Program-made: the position numbers and the translations under genes
Notes under the pieces: generated by a model
Told to the model about the DNA's origin: nothing
What the model saw: only the letters and a program-made list of their open reading frames with translations
Database searches by the model: none
Shown: positions 21,226-31,745 of the stretch, piece by piece
Numbering within the stretch: the stretch's first letter is position 1
Layout of the letters: each line of letters begins with the position of its first letter
Source of the DNA: Obrimoposthia wandeli
Taxonomy: Eukaryota
Assembly (NCBI GenBank): GCA_977020255.1
Contig: CDROCS010000985.1
Span: 1 to 64,000 of the forward strand
Reading direction: 5' to 3'
Length of the DNA: 64,000 nucleotides

Positions 21226-24200
21226 TTAATCAAGTGCAATGAACGTTGTACCCTTAAGTAAGCCTAATCCCGATTGCTGATATTGCTGTTTAAATTGCGT
21301 AATATCTTGTGCTAAGAGATCGTTTACTTGTGTGATACCTAGCGTTAATGCCGCCTTACCTTGTGCTAAGTAAAGCTCGGCTGTCGGTGATGGTTTACCA
21401 TAGCGACTGCCAACGTAGCCCCAAGCGGTATATATTTTAGAGCTAACTTTGTAACTTTCATCAACAATACCATTGGTTTTAGGGATAGCGCGGAGCTCTT
21501 TATCTAACGCCTTAATCTTCTTCAATAATTCATCAGCTGCACTGCTTAGTTTAGCGGCCGGTGTTGATGCTTTATCTTCCATTTTTTCTAGGCTAGCGAG
21601 TGCTTTATCGGCCATTGCTTTGATTAACTCAACATCTTTTTTACTATCCACTAGGGCGTGCACGGCTTTAGTAAGGGTCGAGTACATAGCAACCGCTTGA
21701 TGTTGTAAATTATAACTAGCGCTTAGGTCTTGAGTTGAAACGTTAAAGCGTGGATCTTTTAATACCTTTGCTGACGTTTCAAATTCATTGTCGTTCAACT
21801 TAACACTGATGCTATAAACACCCGGCACCACTTCGGGTCCAGCGGCTAAAATATCTTGGTCTTCTTTAGGTTCATCACCGGGCATACTTAATGCGCCATC
21901 GGACTCTAACCCCCAAGCAATGCGATTGATGCCTTGTTTAAGTTGACTAACAAAAGTACGAACGACTTCGCCTTCGCTGTTTTTAACGGTAATACGCGCT
22001 TTATCTGAAAGTACTAATTTTTCGTCTGTAGCCTTTTTCGATGCCATTTTTTGTTTTTCTATTTCAGCCTTAGCTTTAGCTGCTTTGTTCAACAAGCGAG
22101 TCTTTTCTTTATCTTCATCTGGGTGTACTAAGTGTTCACCTGAAGCCATTAAGGTTAATATAACGCCGTAAACTTCATTTTCGCCAACATAGGCTGCATC
22201 ACCCCAAAAACGAGAAGAGGGTGCTCGATTACTTACATACTGTTGACCGTCTGAAACGCTTAAGAGTTTTAGTGGCGTTTTAAATGATTTCTCAGATAAA
22301 CCTCGCAGCGCACTGTAATCGTCAATCACAATAATTGAACGGCCATGAGTACCAAGCACCAAATCATTTTCACGTTGCTGTATTGCCATATCCATTACTG
22401 AAACGGTTGGCACGCCTTGATCATATTTAAACCAAGAGTCACCAGCATCAGTTGATGCATATAAACCTAATTCCGTACCTAAAAATAATAAATTTTCATC
22501 AACATGATCTTGTTGAACCGAAAGTGCATAACCCTTGATATTTTTAGTGGTTAAATTAGTAAATTTACTACCGTATTTTGACGCTTTGAAAATATAAGGT
22601 TTCATGTCACCACGACGATGATTATCAAAGACGATAAATGCTTCATCGGCATTATAAAGCGACGGTGTTATATGAGGAATAAAAGCACTTTTTGGCGCTT
22701 TTCTAGCTTTTTTCTCTACACTCTGCCAACTTTTACCGCCGTCTTGAGTGACATGAATACGACCATCATCAGTACCCACCCAAATAACGCCTTGTTTTAT
22801 CAGGCTCGGTGCAATGGCGATAATGGCCGTATTGTTTTCTGCAGCTGTTACATCTGGTGTTAAACCACCTGAGTCTTTATAGCGTTGAAAATCAGGATTG
22901 TTGGTCGACAAATCTTTCGAAATAACTTGCCAAGTTTCACCTCTATCTGCTGATTTATGTATAAATTGACTACCATAATAAATGGTGTCTTTATTGAACG
23001 GGTCTTGTGCTAAGCCTGCATTCCAGTTGAAACGTAACTCAGTTTCTGGATTCGGTGGCGGTGGCATGATCAGGCTTTGTTCTCCGGTATTAATATCCCA
23101 ACGGCTTAAATAGCCACCTTGAGATTGGCTGTACCCTTTAGTAACGTCATCAGGAAAAGGCATGGCATCAAAGCCATCACCGAAACCAATTTCTTGCCAA
23201 TGCACATTACGAATACCACCACTATGCCAAACTTCAGCAGGTCCACGCCATGAGCCATTATCTTGCAAACCACCATAAATATTATAGGGTTGTGCGTTAT
23301 CAACACGAACATGGTAGAACTGGGAAATAGCTAAGTTTTGCACAAAACGCCAGCTATCGCCTTTGTCTTGAGTGATTGATACGCCGCCATCATTACCTAA
23401 AATTAAATGCTCAGAATCATTAGGGTTGATCCAGAGAGTGTGATTATCAATATGAATGTTATTGCCGGCAGCACAACAATCGACTTTATCTATTTTTTCA
23501 AAGGTTTTACCGCCATCAATTGAGCGGCGAATAAAGGTTGCTATGTTATAAATTACATCGGGATTATTGGGATCAACTTCAATTTCTGAATAGTAGAAAG
23601 GTCTATCGGCAACGCCTACTTCATTATTAACTGTACGCCAGCTGTTACCACCATCGTCAGAGCGCATTAAGGCACTTTCTTCTGCTTCCACTAATGCATA
23701 AACGGTATTTGGCTGGCTTTGTGAAACATCAAGGGTAATTCGGCCTAAATCGCCTTTAGGTAAGCCATCGGCAACTGTCTTTTCCTGCCAAGATTGACCA
23801 CCATCGAGTGAGATAAATAAACCTGATCCAGGTCCTCCAGACTCAAAACGATCTGGCCAACGTCGAAATTGCCACATTGAGGCATACAATTTATTCGGAT
23901 TACTTGGATCCATTTTTATATCGGTTGCACCTGTGGTGTTGTCAACGAATAAAATGTTCTGCCAAGTCTTACCGCCATCAATGGTTTTATAAATGCCGCG
24001 GTCTTTATTTGTCGACCACAAAGTACCAAGAGCGGCAACGTAAGCGATATCAGGATTAGTAGGGTGTAATGCGATACGGTTGATGTGCTCGGTCTTTGCT
24101 AAACCCATTTTTTTCCAATGCTGACCGGCATCGATTGATTTGTAAATGCCGCCACCGATAGATACTGAATTACGCACATTACCTTCGCCAGTACCTAACC

Positions 24201-24504
24201 AAACGATATCTGGAATAGCTTGGTTAATAGCAATGGCACCTGTTGAGGCATATTCTTCATGTTCGAATATTGGTGTCCATTGTAAACCGGCATTTTCTGA
24301 TTTCCACACGCCACCAGAAGCGGCTGAGGCATAGATAATATTAGGATTTGAAATGACCGCTTCGATATCAGATATTCTGCCACTGGTAGCCGCTGGTCCA
24401 ATGTTACGTACTTTTATACCGGACAATAAATCAGTATCTATGGCTGCTGACGCACTGGTTGTTAGCGCCGCGGTCAGCATTAAGGAGGTAAGAGATTTTT
24501 TCAT
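21226..24504 (-). CDS. Secreted VPS10/sortilin-like BNR (Asp-box) repeat beta-propeller protein, putative glycosyl hydrolase
   Basis: Signal peptide, RNIGPA..SGRI, many S/T-x-D-G-G-x-T/S-W Asp boxes, C-terminal coiled coil. Confidence 0.85.
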   Translation of the reverse strand: MKKSLTSLMLTAALTTSASAAIDTDLLSGIKVRNIGPAATSGRISDIEAVISNPNIIYASAASGGVWKSENAGLQWTPIFEHEEYASTGAIAINQAIPDIVWLGTGEGNVRNSVSIGGGIYKSIDAGQHWKKMGLAKTEHINRIALHPTNPDIAYVAALGTLWSTNKDRGIYKTIDGGKTWQNILFVDNTTGATDIKMDPSNPNKLYASMWQFRRWPDRFESGGPGSGLFISLDGGQSWQEKTVADGLPKGDLGRITLDVSQSQPNTVYALVEAEESALMRSDDGGNSWRTVNNEVGVADRPFYYSEIEVDPNNPDVIYNIATFIRRSIDGGKTFEKIDKVDCCAAGNNIHIDNHTLWINPNDSEHLILGNDGGVSITQDKGDSWRFVQNLAISQFYHVRVDNAQPYNIYGGLQDNGSWRGPAEVWHSGGIRNVHWQEIGFGDGFDAMPFPDDVTKGYSQSQGGYLSRWDINTGEQSLIMPPPPNPETELRFNWNAGLAQDPFNKDTIYYGSQFIHKSADRGETWQVISKDLSTNNPDFQRYKDSGGLTPDVTAAENNTAIIAIAPSLIKQGVIWVGTDDGRIHVTQDGGKSWQSVEKKARKAPKSAFIPHITPSLYNADEAFIVFDNHRRGDMKPYIFKASKYGSKFTNLTTKNIKGYALSVQQDHVDENLLFLGTELGLYASTDAGDSWFKYDQGVPTVSVMDMAIQQRENDLVLGTHGRSIIVIDDYSALRGLSEKSFKTPLKLLSVSDGQQYVSNRAPSSRFWGDAAYVGENEVYGVILTLMASGEHLVHPDEDKEKTRLLNKAAKAKAEIEKQKMASKKATDEKLVLSDKARITVKNSEGEVVRTFVSQLKQGINRIAWGLESDGALSMPGDEPKEDQDILAAGPEVVPGVYSISVKLNDNEFETSAKVLKDPRFNVSTQDLSASYNLQHQAVAMYSTLTKAVHALVDSKKDVELIKAMADKALASLEKMEDKASTPAAKLSSAADELLKKIKALDKELRAIPKTNGIVDESYKVSSKIYTAWGYVGSRYGKPSPTAELYLAQGKAALTLGITQVNDLLAQDITQFKQQYQQSGLGLLKGTTFIALD

Positions 24505-24718
24505 CGATTTTCCCTGTTATTTATATTTTTATTAGCGCTGTTTAACCATCAATTAAGGTTAGTTTGGAGGAGCAATATCAGCTATTGTTTTAGCACTTTA
24601 TGAATATCAATGTGCCATCGATACGCTAAGCTGATGGATTTTTACGTTATATGGAAATTAGGCCGCTTGCGTGACGAATTCATGATTACGCGTGTAGGAG
24701 CTTTATCTTTAGCCTTAT

Positions 24719-25195
24719 TTAGGGAGTAAACTGTGCGCCTTCATGCATTAACAGTTTCGCTTTCAATGCTAAACCACCCGCATAACCTGTTAGTTTTCCG
24801 TTGCTACCAATAACCCGATGACAAGGTACAATTAGGGCGATAGGATTCGCACCATTCGCGGTGCCAACAGCACGCACTGCTTTAGCATTATTGATACTTT
24901 TAGCAATCCAACCATAACTTTTAGTTTCGCCACATGGAATGTTGACTAGCGCTTGCCACACTTGTTTTTGAAAGTTTGTGCCCTCAGGTGCTAACGCTAA
25001 ATCGAACTGCTTTCTGCTACCATCAAAATATTGGGTTAATTGCTGAATGACGTCAGTGAATTTACTGCTATCTTCTGTCAATCCAGTAAATGTGATTGGC
25101 GATTTACCCATTTGAAAAGCCAATGCGCTCAAGCCGTTGTCGTTTGCTGTTAAAGCAATTTCACCTAATGGTGATTGGTAAGTACAATAGTACAT
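24719..25195 (-). CDS. ogt: Methylated-DNA--protein-cysteine methyltransferase
   Basis: RAVG.ANG.NP and active-site PCHRV. Confidence 0.95.
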   Translation of the reverse strand: MYYCTYQSPLGEIALTANDNGLSALAFQMGKSPITFTGLTEDSSKFTDVIQQLTQYFDGSRKQFDLALAPEGTNFQKQVWQALVNIPCGETKSYGWIAKSINNAKAVRAVGTANGANPIALIVPCHRVIGSNGKLTGYAGGLALKAKLLMHEGAQFTP

Positions 25196-25228
25196 TTAAT
25201 CTTTCCTTAAATTTCAATAATATTTTAG

Positions 25229-25533
25229 CGCTATCAGCTATCAGTATTAAGTTATAAGTCGACAGCTAAGAACAGAGCTGTCAGTTATCAGTTTTAAGCT
25301 GTCAGTAAAAGCACAAGCAAAAGTAAAACCAAAATCAGAACCGAAACCTTGAGTGTGGCGCTTGTTTTGACTGACAGCTGACAGCTCTAAACTGACAGCT
25401 AAGAAAAGAGCTGTCAGTTATCAGTTTTAAGCTATCAGTAAAAGAAAAATCAAAACAAAAACCAAGACCAAAGCCTTGAGTGTGGCACTTGTTTTGACTG
25501 ACAGCTGATAGCTTTAAACTTACAGCTAAGAAC
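25229..25533. repeat. Heptamer-built palindromic intergenic repeat: two tandem units (133 bp and 127 bp) plus a partial third
   Basis: Units 25261-25393 and 25394-25520 built from GCTGTCA/GTTATCA/GTTTTAA heptamers and reverse-orientation TGACAGC/TGATAGC, flanking an A-rich hexamer tract. Confidence 0.85.
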
Positions 25534-25548
25534 TCGGCCTTCCTTCGT

Positions 25549-26979
25549 CTAATGGGCAAGTGACTGCCAAAGATAAATAGCGGCATAAGCGCGCCAAGGT
25601 CGCCAACTCTCTGCTAATGCCAATATATCTTTATTTTTCGGTTTTATATCATTAAAAGTTAATGCTTTGATAATACCTAAATCGGCGCTTGGAAAGGCGT
25701 CTGGATCACTTAACCCTCGCATACCTATGTAATTTACCGTCCATGGCCCAATACCTTTTAATGTCGTTAGTGCTACTTCAAGCTCTTCAATAGTAAGGCC
25801 CTTAGCAAAAATACTTTTATTTTCTTTAAAGTAAGCGACCCATGTTTGTAAAGTGGCAATACGCGAGCGTGTTAAACCAATTTCTTGATAATCTACCTTC
25901 ATTAAGGCTTGCACGCTAGGGAAGTATTTTGTTGCAGAGTAGTTTGCTGCTTGTGCCACATCGGCAACATTTTCACCGTATTTTTCTGCAATACGTTGCG
26001 CTAATGTTGTCGCACCTTTAACTGATATTTGTTGACCTAAAATTGCCCGGATAGAAAACTCAAAAATATCCCAACAACCGGGTAAGCGTAAGCCTGGGAA
26101 TTGTTCGATAACTAAGGCTAATTTAGGGTGTTTAATTAAGTGCTGATGAATTATTTGCATGTCAGCGTCTAAGTCAAACATTCTGCGCACACGCGTAATT
26201 ATTTGATGTAAATAACTATAATCGCTCAGCTTAACGGTTAAGTTTAAAGCATCTTTAGTTTGATGTTGCGTTACTTTAATCCAACCTCTGCAATCATCGA
26301 GTTCGATGGTACGAAAATAATGCTCTGCGGTGATATCTTCAATATTACTCATTTTTCTGGCTCGAAAAAAGCTCAACATCAATGGCCAATTAAAAGGAGC
26401 CTTATAAGGCAGTAAAATATTCACTTGTTGGTCAGAGCTTGCACTTTTTTTGCCTCTGATTTCGGTTGGTGTTGTTTGATAGGTTTGCAAAATAACCTCA
26501 TTAAAGCGGCGTATGCTATTAAAACCAGCCGCAAAAGCGACATTAGTAATGCTTAAGGATGTTGAAATAAGCAGTTTATGTGCAAGTAGTAAACGTTGTT
26601 GATGAAAGAATTCACTGGGCGGTAAACCATAATATTGTACAAACAAACGACGAATTTGCCGTTCACTGATATCGAGCTGCTGTGCACACTTTTGTAAATT
26701 GCAGTTATTTTCGTAGTAAACCTGTGTAATTTGTTTAATTTTTTTAGGGGCAGGTAAGCTCGGTGCTAACTGCGGAAAGCAGCGTTTGCAAGGACGAAAA
26801 CCTGATTGTTGGGCTAATTCTGCGCTTTCATAATAGGTGACATTTTCAGGCTTTGGTGGTCGAGCAGGACAAATAGGACGACAGAAAATACCGGTAGTGA
26901 GCACGGCAGTAAAAAATTTACCATCAAAACGAATATCACGACTTAGTCTGGCCTTTTCACATACTTCAATACTTAACAT
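25549..26979 (-). CDS. alkA: Ada metal-binding/AraC-AlkA fusion (DNA-3-methyladenine glycosylase II with regulator domain)
   Basis: GIFCRPICPAR and RPCKRC zinc ligands, AraC HTH, HhH GIGPWT, WRPWRAYA. Confidence 0.92.
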   Translation of the reverse strand: MLSIEVCEKARLSRDIRFDGKFFTAVLTTGIFCRPICPARPPKPENVTYYESAELAQQSGFRPCKRCFPQLAPSLPAPKKIKQITQVYYENNCNLQKCAQQLDISERQIRRLFVQYYGLPPSEFFHQQRLLLAHKLLISTSLSITNVAFAAGFNSIRRFNEVILQTYQTTPTEIRGKKSASSDQQVNILLPYKAPFNWPLMLSFFRARKMSNIEDITAEHYFRTIELDDCRGWIKVTQHQTKDALNLTVKLSDYSYLHQIITRVRRMFDLDADMQIIHQHLIKHPKLALVIEQFPGLRLPGCWDIFEFSIRAILGQQISVKGATTLAQRIAEKYGENVADVAQAANYSATKYFPSVQALMKVDYQEIGLTRSRIATLQTWVAYFKENKSIFAKGLTIEELEVALTTLKGIGPWTVNYIGMRGLSDPDAFPSADLGIIKALTFNDIKPKNKDILALAESWRPWRAYAAIYLWQSLAH

Positions 26980-27513
26980 ATTTTCTCTTTTGTCATGGCA
27001 ATAACATTTGATAGATGATTTGCTTGATCATACGTTAGGGAATGTAAATGACTAGCGATTATCGGACAAGACCTAAAATATAATTAATGCTTGCTAGGTT
27101 TGGGGATATATGTATAAAACAACGACCTTTTGCTTAAATATTAATCGGCTATTAGGGCGTGTATTTACTCGTCTATCAACAAATGAAGGGCTTAAGAATA
27201 CTTAACCAGAACTCTAGATAATAAATACTGATATTTACGTAAACTCAAAAGGCTATATGCCGTTCTTTAAGGTTATGAAATTCATGGGTAATTAACGTTG
27301 CTAATGTTTTATTCTTTAAAGGGGCACTCTGATGATAGTAACTGATAAAAATAATCATTAAACCGCTGATTTATTTACTTTGCGGTTTGACTTTATTACT
27401 CGCTGCTATTTAAATAGTGCTACGTTTTAAGAGTAGTGTTACGCTTTCGAAGTTAAGGGTAAATGCATACGACATAAAGTTAATTTTTTCTGTCAGTATT
27501 AAACTCTTTGCGT

Positions 27514-27554
27514 GTTGAAACATTACTAGTTGAAACATTGTTCGTTTAAACATT
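27514..27554 (+). promoter_or_regulatory. Three 11-bp direct repeats at an exact 15-bp period
   Basis: GTTGAAACATT (27514), GTTGAAACATT (27529), GTTTAAACATT (27544), ~55 bp before the kinase start. Confidence 0.5.
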
Positions 27555-27609
27555 TTTAGTTAATACCAAGGTACTTTATAAGTGATAGAAAATATTACAG
27601 GGAAAAGTC

Positions 27610-29169
27610 ATGAGTCATAAAAGTGCTTTTAATAGCAAACTAAGTCGACGCGTCTTTGTTTACATTTTTTTATGCAGTGCGGTTTTATCTTTGTGCTCAA
27701 TCGCTATTCAGTTATATATGGATTTTCAAGATGGTGTTTCTGCGCTAGATGAGCGCTTTAATAACATTGAATTAAGTTATCAACAGTCAATTTCCACCAG
27801 CTTATGGGACTTTAATGATCCACTTGTCGAACAGCAAATTGTTGGTATTCAACGCTTACCTGACATTCGTCAAGTGGAAATAATCACTAGCTTTGGCAAA
27901 ACTTATCAAGTTGGTGAAGGTAAGGATAATGCTATAAAAATTCGGCGTTACCCCATTGTTTTTGAAGGCAATGATATAGGTGATATGTTCATTTATGCTG
28001 ATTATCAAGACATTTATCAACTTTTACGACAAAAAGCCGGCTTCATCGTCATTGCTGAATTTATCAAAATTTTTATCGTCGCTTTTAGTACGTTTTTTAT
28101 TGTTCACTGGCTGATCACTCGCCATCTATACCGTATTACCTTGTATTCAAAAGCGATGAGTGGTGAGAATATAGATACATCGCTAACGCTAGAAAATCGT
28201 AGTAAAAAGACAGATGAACTCGATGAATTAGTCTCAGCTATTAATGCCATGCGCTTAACATTAAAGAGCGACATTATTCAGTTAGAAGATGCTGAAAACG
28301 CCTTAATTAATCTGAATGGCGATTTAGAAATTAAAGTATATGAGCGAACATCGAAGTTAGCTCAAAGTAATCAACAATTACAACAATCGCTCAATGAATT
28401 AACGCTAGCTAAAGATCAATTAGTGCAATCAGAAAAAATGGCTTCTCTTGGGCAACTAGTTGCAGGTGTTGCTCACGAAGTGAATACTCCACTGGGCATT
28501 TGTGTAACGTCTGTTAGCGCGCTAAAAGAAAAAGTTATCGAATTAAATGAATCACTTACTAATGAAACATTAACAAGAAAGCAGTTGACTCGCGTTTTAG
28601 CTCTTTTTGTTGAATATGAAATCATTATTGAACGCAGCTTGAACAAAGCTGTTGAGCTTATTCGTGGTTTTAAGTCGGTTGCGGTTGAGCAACATACCGA
28701 TCCAAAAATAAATATTAATTTAGCACAACATGTTAACGACGTTGTAAATACAGTGAAAACCTTGTTCAAGCAAAAAAACTATACCATTAACATAGACGTT
28801 GATGAAGAGTTGAATTTAGTGACATATCCTAGTGCTTGGAACCAAATATTAACTAATTTTTTAACTAACTCGCATATACATGGTTTTGAAGATCGTATCG
28901 ATGGTGCAATATCTATAGAATTTCAAATGCATGAAAATGACCTTACTTTGATATATAAAGATGACGGTAAAGGTTTAGACAGCACAATTAAAGATAAAAT
29001 ATTTGACCCTTTTGTGACAACAAAACGCGGGTTAGGGGGCTCAGGTTTAGGCATGAATATTGTTTACAACCTGGTTAATACCAAGTTAAATGGCACGATA
29101 AAAGTTATTACAAGCGAGCAGGGCTGCTGCTTTATTGTGAAAGTACCTTTGCAAGAAAAAATCAACTGA
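27610..29169 (+). CDS. Membrane sensor histidine kinase (HAMP, HisKA, HATPase), orphan
   Basis: Two TM segments, VAHEVNTPLG H-box, DDGKG, GGSGLGMNIV; no adjacent response regulator. Confidence 0.92.
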   Translation: MSHKSAFNSKLSRRVFVYIFLCSAVLSLCSIAIQLYMDFQDGVSALDERFNNIELSYQQSISTSLWDFNDPLVEQQIVGIQRLPDIRQVEIITSFGKTYQVGEGKDNAIKIRRYPIVFEGNDIGDMFIYADYQDIYQLLRQKAGFIVIAEFIKIFIVAFSTFFIVHWLITRHLYRITLYSKAMSGENIDTSLTLENRSKKTDELDELVSAINAMRLTLKSDIIQLEDAENALINLNGDLEIKVYERTSKLAQSNQQLQQSLNELTLAKDQLVQSEKMASLGQLVAGVAHEVNTPLGICVTSVSALKEKVIELNESLTNETLTRKQLTRVLALFVEYEIIIERSLNKAVELIRGFKSVAVEQHTDPKININLAQHVNDVVNTVKTLFKQKNYTINIDVDEELNLVTYPSAWNQILTNFLTNSHIHGFEDRIDGAISIEFQMHENDLTLIYKDDGKGLDSTIKDKIFDPFVTTKRGLGGSGLGMNIVYNLVNTKLNGTIKVITSEQGCCFIVKVPLQEKIN

Positions 29170-29274
29170 TAAAAAGATAATTTGATTAAAATGACCAACC
29201 TTGCCTTAGGTGTTAAATAACAGGAAATAGCGATTATTAAAGCTAAAATCGCTAATTTCTAGTTTCTATGTATT

Positions 29275-29691
29275 TTAAACCGACTTATCTTCTCCTTCTT
29301 GCAATAACGTTAGCACCATACTCGTATAATTGACTAAACCTAGCACTTTTTGGTCTTTAATGACGGGGGCGGTATTAATACCAAAATTTTCAAATAAACG
29401 AGCACAATAGCGCACGTCCATATCCGGTGAAACAGACAGTATAGGTTTAGCCATAATTTCGTATAAATTTACTCGTTCAGGCGATCTGTCTTTAGCGATA
29501 ACTTGCTTGGCGATATCTGATAAAAGTACTAAGCCATATTCATCATTGTCATGGCGCTTGTTAATAATTAGCGCCTCTACATTATATGCTTTTGCCAGTT
29601 TTATTCCTTCTGCAACAGTGACCATACCATCAGTGAAATGATAACTGTCAGTGGTCATGGCATCTTTTACTTGCACTAACTTGCGGTTCAT
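29275..29691 (-). CDS. Stand-alone CBS-pair protein
   Basis: VKDAMT..., VNLYEIMAKP, two CBS repeats. Start overlaps the P-II stop. Confidence 0.9.
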   Translation of the reverse strand: MNRKLVQVKDAMTTDSYHFTDGMVTVAEGIKLAKAYNVEALIINKRHDNDEYGLVLLSDIAKQVIAKDRSPERVNLYEIMAKPILSVSPDMDVRYCARLFENFGINTAPVIKDQKVLGLVNYTSMVLTLLQEGEDKSV

Positions 29692-30038
29692 AATTCTTCC
29701 TCAACTTTGCCTTTTAAGCGCTCTACTTGATGGACAACACCGACCGCGTCTTGAATATCGACTTGAATGGCAATGCCTTTACCAGGCTCTTCATCAAAAC
29801 CAGCCACTTTAGCGATACGTTCTAAAATATTTCGGCTTAAATGCTCCTCGACAACAAATAATAAAACATCGCGTTGTGACTCTAGCTGCATGCCAAAAAA
29901 CGTTCTTTGGCGGTTAACTCCTTCACCACGGGCATGATTAATTATTGTGGCACCGGTAGCGCCAGCCATACGAGCTTCTTTCATTACCTTTTCGGTAACG
30001 TCATCTTCAACGAATGCAATGATCAATTTAAAGTGCAT
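29688..30038 (-). CDS. P-II family signal transduction protein (non-canonical)
   Basis: ARMAGATGAT, ARGEG, PGKGIA; the T-loop has no Tyr. Confidence 0.88.
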   Translation of the reverse strand: MHFKLIIAFVEDDVTEKVMKEARMAGATGATIINHARGEGVNRQRTFFGMQLESQRDVLLFVVEEHLSRNILERIAKVAGFDEEPGKGIAIQVDIQDAVGVVHQVERLKGKVEEEL

Positions 30039-30048
30039 TACTTATTTC

Positions 30049-30813
30049 TCACTTTTGGTTAGTTTTCTTTTTGGTTTGAATTTGACTAATTTGGGCGTAG
30101 GCCATTACTGCAATTATCGGAAATAAACTGGCAAAGGCAATAAGACCGAAGCCGTCAATTAATGGACTTCTTCCGGGGATAGTACTTGCTAAGCCCAAGC
30201 CTAATGCGGCAACAAGGGGCACGGTAACGGTGGAGGTTGTTACACCGCCGGAGTCGTATGCGAGTGGTACAATTAATTTTGGACAGAAAAATGTTTGGAT
30301 AACCACGACAATATAGCCCGATATAATGTAGTAATGAATTGGATGGCCAACCACAATGCGATAGCTTCCCAAAGCGATACCAATGGCGACACCGATTGCA
30401 ACGGCAATACGTAAACTATTGGCACGAATACCTCCACCAGAGACCTCCTGTGCTTTTAATGCCACAGCAATAAGCGAAGGCTCGGCAATTGTGGTACTAA
30501 AACCTATCGCAGCAGAAAAAATATATACCCAAGTATAATCAGTCCAATTAATCGTTGTACCTGCGTTGATAAACTCATCAGCCGTTAGTTGTGCCGCCAT
30601 CATTTTACCTAACGGAAACAAGGCTTTTTCTAAACCTAATAAAAAGAAGGCTAAACCAATTAAGACATAACAAAAGCCAAAACCGACTTTCTTTAAATTA
30701 GCGATAGGGCGACGAATAACAAGTAATTGGAAAATAACGATGATCGATAAAATAGGTAGTACATCAAGCACGGTTGATTTTAAGGTATCCAAAAGTGCTA
30801 TCAGCAAATTCAA
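30049..30813 (-). CDS. DUF1538 family membrane protein
   Basis: Polytopic; [34 protein letters not shown]. Confidence 0.88.
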   Translation of the reverse strand: MNLLIALLDTLKSTVLDVLPILSIIVIFQLLVIRRPIANLKKVGFGFCYVLIGLAFFLLGLEKALFPLGKMMAAQLTADEFINAGTTINWTDYTWVYIFSAAIGFSTTIAEPSLIAVALKAQEVSGGGIRANSLRIAVAIGVAIGIALGSYRIVVGHPIHYYIISGYIVVVIQTFFCPKLIVPLAYDSGGVTTSTVTVPLVAALGLGLASTIPGRSPLIDGFGLIAFASLFPIIAVMAYAQISQIQTKKKTNQK

Positions 30814-30855
30814 GTTAATGTACTCTGTTGTTAAGTCGTAAAATTTTTGCGTTCA

Positions 30856-31593
30856 TTAGCTTATGACCATGCCGTATAACATGACAAATATCATCGGTGT
30901 TAGCGAGGCAAAGGCAATAAGGCCAAAACCATCTGTCATAGGGTTTCTGCCTTTAATTGCTGATGCTAAACCAACACCTAGCGCAGTGACTAATGGCACG
31001 GTAATCGTCGAGGTTGTAACACCACCAGAGTCATATGCAATACCGATGATCCAAGTTGGTGCAAATGCGGTCATGATCACGACGACGATATAACCGCCCA
31101 AAATTAGATATTGAATTGGCCAACCTCGAATTATACGTAAAACACCAATAACAATAGCGAAACCAACAGCAAAGGCAACGGTATAGCGCAGGCCATTCGC
31201 GTACTCATTTTGCGCTACTTCTGTTGCTCCAATAATACCGCCACTCGATGCAACCGCCGCAGCTTCGCTTGCGACAGCGATAAGTGCTGGTTCAGCAACC
31301 GTGGTGCCAAAGCCTAAACAAAAAGCAAAAATGAGCAACCAAGTTGTGCTGCCTTTTATGGCAAAAGCTTTGGCCATCGATTCGCCAATAGGAAATAAGC
31401 TCATTTCTAAGCCATAAATGAAAAAGGTTAAACCTAATACCACCAACACCAAACCAACAAAAATATCGCCAAGGTTTGGCATTGCTTGTTGCAGAACCGC
31501 AAACTGAAAAAAGGCGATCACGAATACGATTGGCAGCAAATCTTTGCAACTATCTAACAGCGCTTTGAAGAAAATAATTAATTGGTGGTTCAT
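30856..31593 (-). CDS. DUF1538 family membrane protein (paralog)
   Basis: [34 protein letters not shown]. Confidence 0.88.
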   Translation of the reverse strand: MNHQLIIFFKALLDSCKDLLPIVFVIAFFQFAVLQQAMPNLGDIFVGLVLVVLGLTFFIYGLEMSLFPIGESMAKAFAIKGSTTWLLIFAFCLGFGTTVAEPALIAVASEAAAVASSGGIIGATEVAQNEYANGLRYTVAFAVGFAIVIGVLRIIRGWPIQYLILGGYIVVVIMTAFAPTWIIGIAYDSGGVTTSTITVPLVTALGVGLASAIKGRNPMTDGFGLIAFASLTPMIFVMLYGMVIS

Positions 31594-31745
31594 ATCGCAA
31601 ACAAATTGCCAAAGGGATATTTCACCATACCTGCTAAATTGAAATGCCGATTTGATCTAAAACAAGTGTTATGTTTTTAGGCAATAAAGAAAGGCTGCAG
31701 TCAATGGAGGGGATAAGCCAAAGACTGCAGCAGTAAACAGTAAAA

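Noticed and set aside
25261-25533. Repeat-variable-repeat pattern as a mini CRISPR array
   Set aside because: The variable parts resemble each other (A-rich hexamers), the conserved part is ~95 bp and heptamer-built, and there are no cas genes.
25335-25586. 83-aa minus-strand ORF
   Set aside because: Translation of the heptamer repeat, overlapping the alkA 3' end; no credible RBS.
27330-27360. CTGATGA as a hammerhead ribozyme core
   Set aside because: No stem II followed by GAAA.
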